From a virus: DNA of 41,775 bases. The notes beneath the pieces are model-generated. The model had not been told where the DNA came from. It did not search any database and saw nothing but the letters and a program-made list of their open reading frames with translations. The stretch lies in IMG/VR virus record IMGVR_UViG_3300002461_000190. One strand, 5' to 3'. Positions 38,943 to 41,775 of this stretch are shown here, piece by piece; position 1 is the stretch's first letter, and every line of letters begins with the position of its first letter. The translations under genes and the position numbers were made by a program.

Positions 38943-41775
38943 TGGCGACGCTTGTTCTGGGCGCGGTCGGGTCTGCGGTCGGCGGCTTGTTCGGCGGAAC
39001 GATCCTGGGCCTTAGCGGCGCCGCGATTGGCGGTTTCATCGGGTCGACCATTGGTTCCGTCGTCGACCAGTGGATCGTCGGATCGTTCGCGCCAAACCAG
39101 AACATTCAAGGGGCGAGGCTGGACGCGCTTCGGGTCACGTCGTCGACTGAAGGTTCGGTCATTCCCCGGATATACGGGCGGATGCGGGTCGGCGGGAACC
39201 TGATCTGGGCGACCGACTTTCTGGAAACGGTCAAGACCGAAGAACAAGGCGGCGGCAAGGGCGGCGGCGGCAAGGTCACGACGACGACCTATCTTTATTC
39301 GGCGAACTTCGCGATTGCGCTTTGTGAGGGGCCTATAACCGGGATCGGCCGGATTTGGGCGGATGGAAAGCCCCTGGATCGAACCGGCGTGACAATGCGG
39401 GTCTATCTGGGCGGCGAAGACCAGTTCCCCGATCCGCTGATCGTCGCCAAGGTCGGCGCGAACCGTGCCCCCGCCTATCGCGGGACGGCTTACGTCGTCT
39501 TTGACAACATGCCGCTTGAAGCGTTCGGGAACCGGATTCCGCAACTGACCTTCGAAGTCTTCAGCCCGCTTGCGGACGAAGACACGGCGGAAGGAAAGGT
39601 CAAGGCCGTTACCATGATCCCGGCGTCGGGCGAGTTCGCCTATTCTACGTCGGTCATAAAGAAGACCGGCGCCAGCACCGGATTCGCGGGCGCGTCGGCG
39701 GGGTCGACCGTGGCGATCAACGCAAACGCACAAGCGGACGTCGCGGACTTTGTGGAATCGCTGGATCGGATGGAAAGCCTAGCCCCGGCGGTCGATAGCG
39801 TTTCGCTGGTCGTGTCTTGGTTCGGGACCGATCTTCGGGCCGGGGATTGCGAATTCAAGCCAAAGGTCGACCGTAGGTTTGCCAATGACGGCGGCTTCTA
39901 TAATTACGACGCCATTGCAAACCTGCATTATATTTCCTACGTCGACGGGCTATTTCCGCCGCCCGTCGGTCTTCTTCCCCAAAAGTCAAAACAGCCCTTC
40001 CGCGTCCAGAATACAAGCGGCGGTCCAATTACCGTCGGCGTCTATTATGATGATGAATATTGGTATTCGATAAACCTTGCCGCTGGCGCGACGGCGACGG
40101 TAAACGCCCCGCCCCCGTCTTTTAACCAATGGGTCAAACTTGAGTCCGTCGGCGGTCAGGACTTCAGGGCTTACAGCGACACCGCCGGGCAAGTCGTCGT
40201 TTCAACGTCGCCCTATAGCTGGCAAGTCGGACCGACCGTCCGGGCGACGGCGGACGTCGTTTCATATAGGGAAGGCAAGCCCGCCTTTGGCGGAACGCCA
40301 GCCGACCGAAGCGTCGTCGAAGCGATCACCGAACTTCAGGCGAGGGGAAAGCGGGTCACGTTTTATCCATTCGTCATGATGGATATTCCGGAAACCAACA
40401 CGCTTCCCGATCCCTATTCCGACGAAGCACTGACAGAGGGCCAGCCCCGCTATCCATGGCGGGGCCGGATCACTTGTTCCCCGGCAGCGGGCTTTGTCGG
40501 ATCGGTCGATCAGACCGCGACCGCCGCCGCCCAGGTCGCCGCCTTGTTCGGCAGCGTGACGCCAGCTGACTTCGGGATCACGGGGACGACTGTCAACTAT
40601 TCGGGACCGGCGGGCGATTGGGGATATCGCCGGATGATCCTTCACTATGCTTATCTTTGCGCCGCCGTCGGGGGCGTCAACGCCTTCCTGATCGGAAGCG
40701 AATTGCGGGGGATTACCACGATCCGCGACGCCGCCGGGAACTATCCCGGAGTCGCGGCGCTGATCACGCTGGCGGGCGAGGTCAAGACGATCCTGGGGCC
40801 GGAAGTGAAGGTCAGCTATGCGGCGGACTGGTCGGAATACTTCGGACACCACCCGCAAGACGGGACCGGCGACGTCTTTTTCCACCTGGACCCGCTTTGG
40901 TCGAACGCCAATATCGACTTTATCGGAATCGACAATTACATGCCGGTTTCCGACTGGCGCGACGGCTTCGATCACCTGGACGCCACGGCTTGGCCGTCGA
41001 TCTATGACCGCGACTATCTGCGGTCGAACGTCGAAGGGGGCGAGGGCTTCGACTGGTTCTATGCGACCCTTGCGGATCGCGTCGACCAGATCAGGACGCC
41101 GATCACCGATGGGGCCGGGAAGCCATGGGTCTTCCGCTACAAGGACTTGCGCGCATGGTGGCAGAACCAGCATTTCAACCGGCCCGGCGGCGTCGAAGCA
41201 CTGACCCCGACCGCTTGGGTTCCGGAGTCGAAGCCGTTCTGGTTTACTGAAATCGGTTGCCCGGCGGTCGACCGGGGGACGAACCAGCCGAACGTCTTCA
41301 GCGATCCGAAATCGTCCGAAAGCTTGGTCCCCTACTTTTCGCGGGGATACCGGGACGACGCGATCCAGCGGGCCTATCTGGAATCCGTTCTGGGCTACTG
41401 GTCCGAAGCCGCGAACAACCCGACGTCCGCCGTCTATGGCGAACCGATGATCACGACCGACGAGTCGGCGGTCTGGACCTGGGACGCCCGGCCCTATCCG
41501 TTCTATCCCGAACGGACCGACGTTTGGTCGGACGGGCCGAATTGGGCGCTGGGCCATTGGCTGACCGGGCGCCTGGGCGCGGTTTCCTTGGCGGCGCTGG
41601 TCAGGAACCTTTGCGTCCGCGCCGGAATGCCTGAAGCCCAGATCGACGTTACCGACCTTTACGGGTCAATCGAAGGCTACGCGATAGCCGCCCTGGAAAG
41701 CCCCCGGACGTCCGCCGCGACGCTGGCGCGCCACTTCGGATTCGATGGGCTGGAAAGCGACGGGAAGGTCCGCTT
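38942..41775 (+). CDS. Host-specificity / tail-tip protein (RcGTA g15-like), N-terminal part; the gene continues across the junction to 1562 (about 1433 codons in total)
   Basis: Hand translation gives MATLVLGAVGSAVGGLFGGTILGLSGAAIGGFIGSTIGSVVDQWIV..RIYGRMRVGGNLIWATDF..YLYSANFAIALCEGPI.. followed by a GTA TIM-barrel-like region. There is no stop before the window end, so the ORF track omits it. Confidence 0.85.
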   Translation, partial: MATLVLGAVGSAVGGLFGGTILGLSGAAIGGFIGSTIGSVVDQWIVGSFAPNQNIQGARLDALRVTSSTEGSVIPRIYGRMRVGGNLIWATDFLETVKTEEQGGGKGGGGKVTTTTYLYSANFAIALCEGPITGIGRIWADGKPLDRTGVTMRVYLGGEDQFPDPLIVAKVGANRAPAYRGTAYVVFDNMPLEAFGNRIPQLTFEVFSPLADEDTAEGKVKAVTMIPASGEFAYSTSVIKKTGASTGFAGASAGSTVAINANAQADVADFVESLDRMESLAPAVDSVSLVVSWFGTDLRAGDCEFKPKVDRRFANDGGFYNYDAIANLHYISYVDGLFPPPVGLLPQKSKQPFRVQNTSGGPITVGVYYDDEYWYSINLAAGATATVNAPPPSFNQWVKLESVGGQDFRAYSDTAGQVVVSTSPYSWQVGPTVRATADVVSYREGKPAFGGTPADRSVVEAITELQARGKRVTFYPFVMMDIPETNTLPDPYSDEALTEGQPRYPWRGRITCSPAAGFVGSVDQTATAAAQVAALFGSVTPADFGITGTTVNYSGPAGDWGYRRMILHYAYLCAAVGGVNAFLIGSELRGITTIRDAAGNYPGVAALITLAGEVKTILGPEVKVSYAADWSEYFGHHPQDGTGDVFFHLDPLWSNANIDFIGIDNYMPVSDWRDGFDHLDATAWPSIYDRDYLRSNVEGGEGFDWFYATLADRVDQIRTPITDGAGKPWVFRYKDLRAWWQNQHFNRPGGVEALTPTAWVPESKPFWFTEIGCPAVDRGTNQPNVFSDPKSSESLVPYFSRGYRDDAIQRAYLESVLGYWSEAANNPTSAVYGEPMITTDESAVWTWDARPYPFYPERTDVWSDGPNWALGHWLTGRLGAVSLAALVRNLCVRAGMPEAQIDVTDLYGSIEGYAIAALESPRTSAATLARHFGFDGLESDGKVR
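41682..41775. repeat. Terminal overlap, identical to 1-94
   Basis: Direct comparison. Confidence 0.95.

Noticed and set aside
39878-40230. Whether the AT-rich segment in the host-specificity gene is a diversity-generating retroelement variable region.
   Set aside because: I could find no reverse transcriptase gene and no template-repeat copy of the segment anywhere in the window.
1-41775. Genome-wide GATC over-representation (about 10 sites in the first 600 nt by eye) as a sign of Dam-type regulation.
   Set aside because: It is probably driven by codon usage (GAT-C, ATC and CGA-TCG junctions are very frequent in this high-GC coding DNA). Only the local 7-in-94-bp cluster in non-coding DNA is reported as a finding.
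1-41775. Search for tRNA or rRNA genes, integrase, transposase/IS elements and toxin-antitoxin pairs.
   Set aside because: I saw no cloverleaf-like or rRNA-like segments, no recombinase or transposase motifs, and no inverted-repeat-bounded element by eye. Absence cannot be proven without tRNAscan or HMM searches.

Overview
The window is one closed phage genome. Bases 1-94 are identical to 41682-41775, giving a unit length of 41,681 bp, and the largest tail gene runs in frame across the junction. It is a high-GC, alphaproteobacterial-type siphovirus with a mosaic build. Packaging and head genes look lambda-like: Nu1-like TerS, GpA-family TerL, gpW, lambda-family portal, and an HK97-type prohead protease joined to the major capsid protein with no stop between them. 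The tail ends in the RcGTA-type g12-g15 tail-tip set: distal tail, hub, NlpC/P60 peptidase and the giant host-specificity protein.

Read as a circle, the order is:
- tail tip
- a low-GC island encoding a receiver-less protein with two OmpR-type winged helices
- a lysis cassette (holin, amidase, overlapping spanins)
- two accessory cassettes that each start with the same exact 37-bp promoter-like element
- a leftward early operon of about 21-22 small, mostly stop/start-overlapped genes (7455-15074)
- a divergent control region (15075-15251)
- a rightward early/replication operon: Cro-like protein, a 2xFtsK-gamma + GapR/DUF2312 fusion, AAA+ ATPase, TSCPD-like protein, VRR-NUC, replication initiator with ori-like repeats inside it, HTH protein, MT-A70 methylase, late-regulator candidate
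- a 460-bp repeat-rich non-coding region
- a ParB-like nuclease
- a leftward mini-operon wedged against terS

I recognised no integrase, CI-type repressor, tRNA, rRNA or CRISPR array. All homology calls are motif recognition by eye, not database searches.

The items most worth follow-up are:
- the FtsK-gamma/GapR fusion
- the low-GC dual winged-helix regulator
- a duplicated 76-aa acidic gene that heads both leftward operons, where 8 of the 9 altered codons outside the three amino-acid replacements are synonymous (the ninth is the stop codon)
- the promoter-tagged accessory cassettes, including a small protein with C5-methyltransferase-like motifs
- a shared AGCAAGC motif in four control regions
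- a phased GGGTTTCCA array upstream of the ParB-like gene
- a DUF1643 gene between terS and terL
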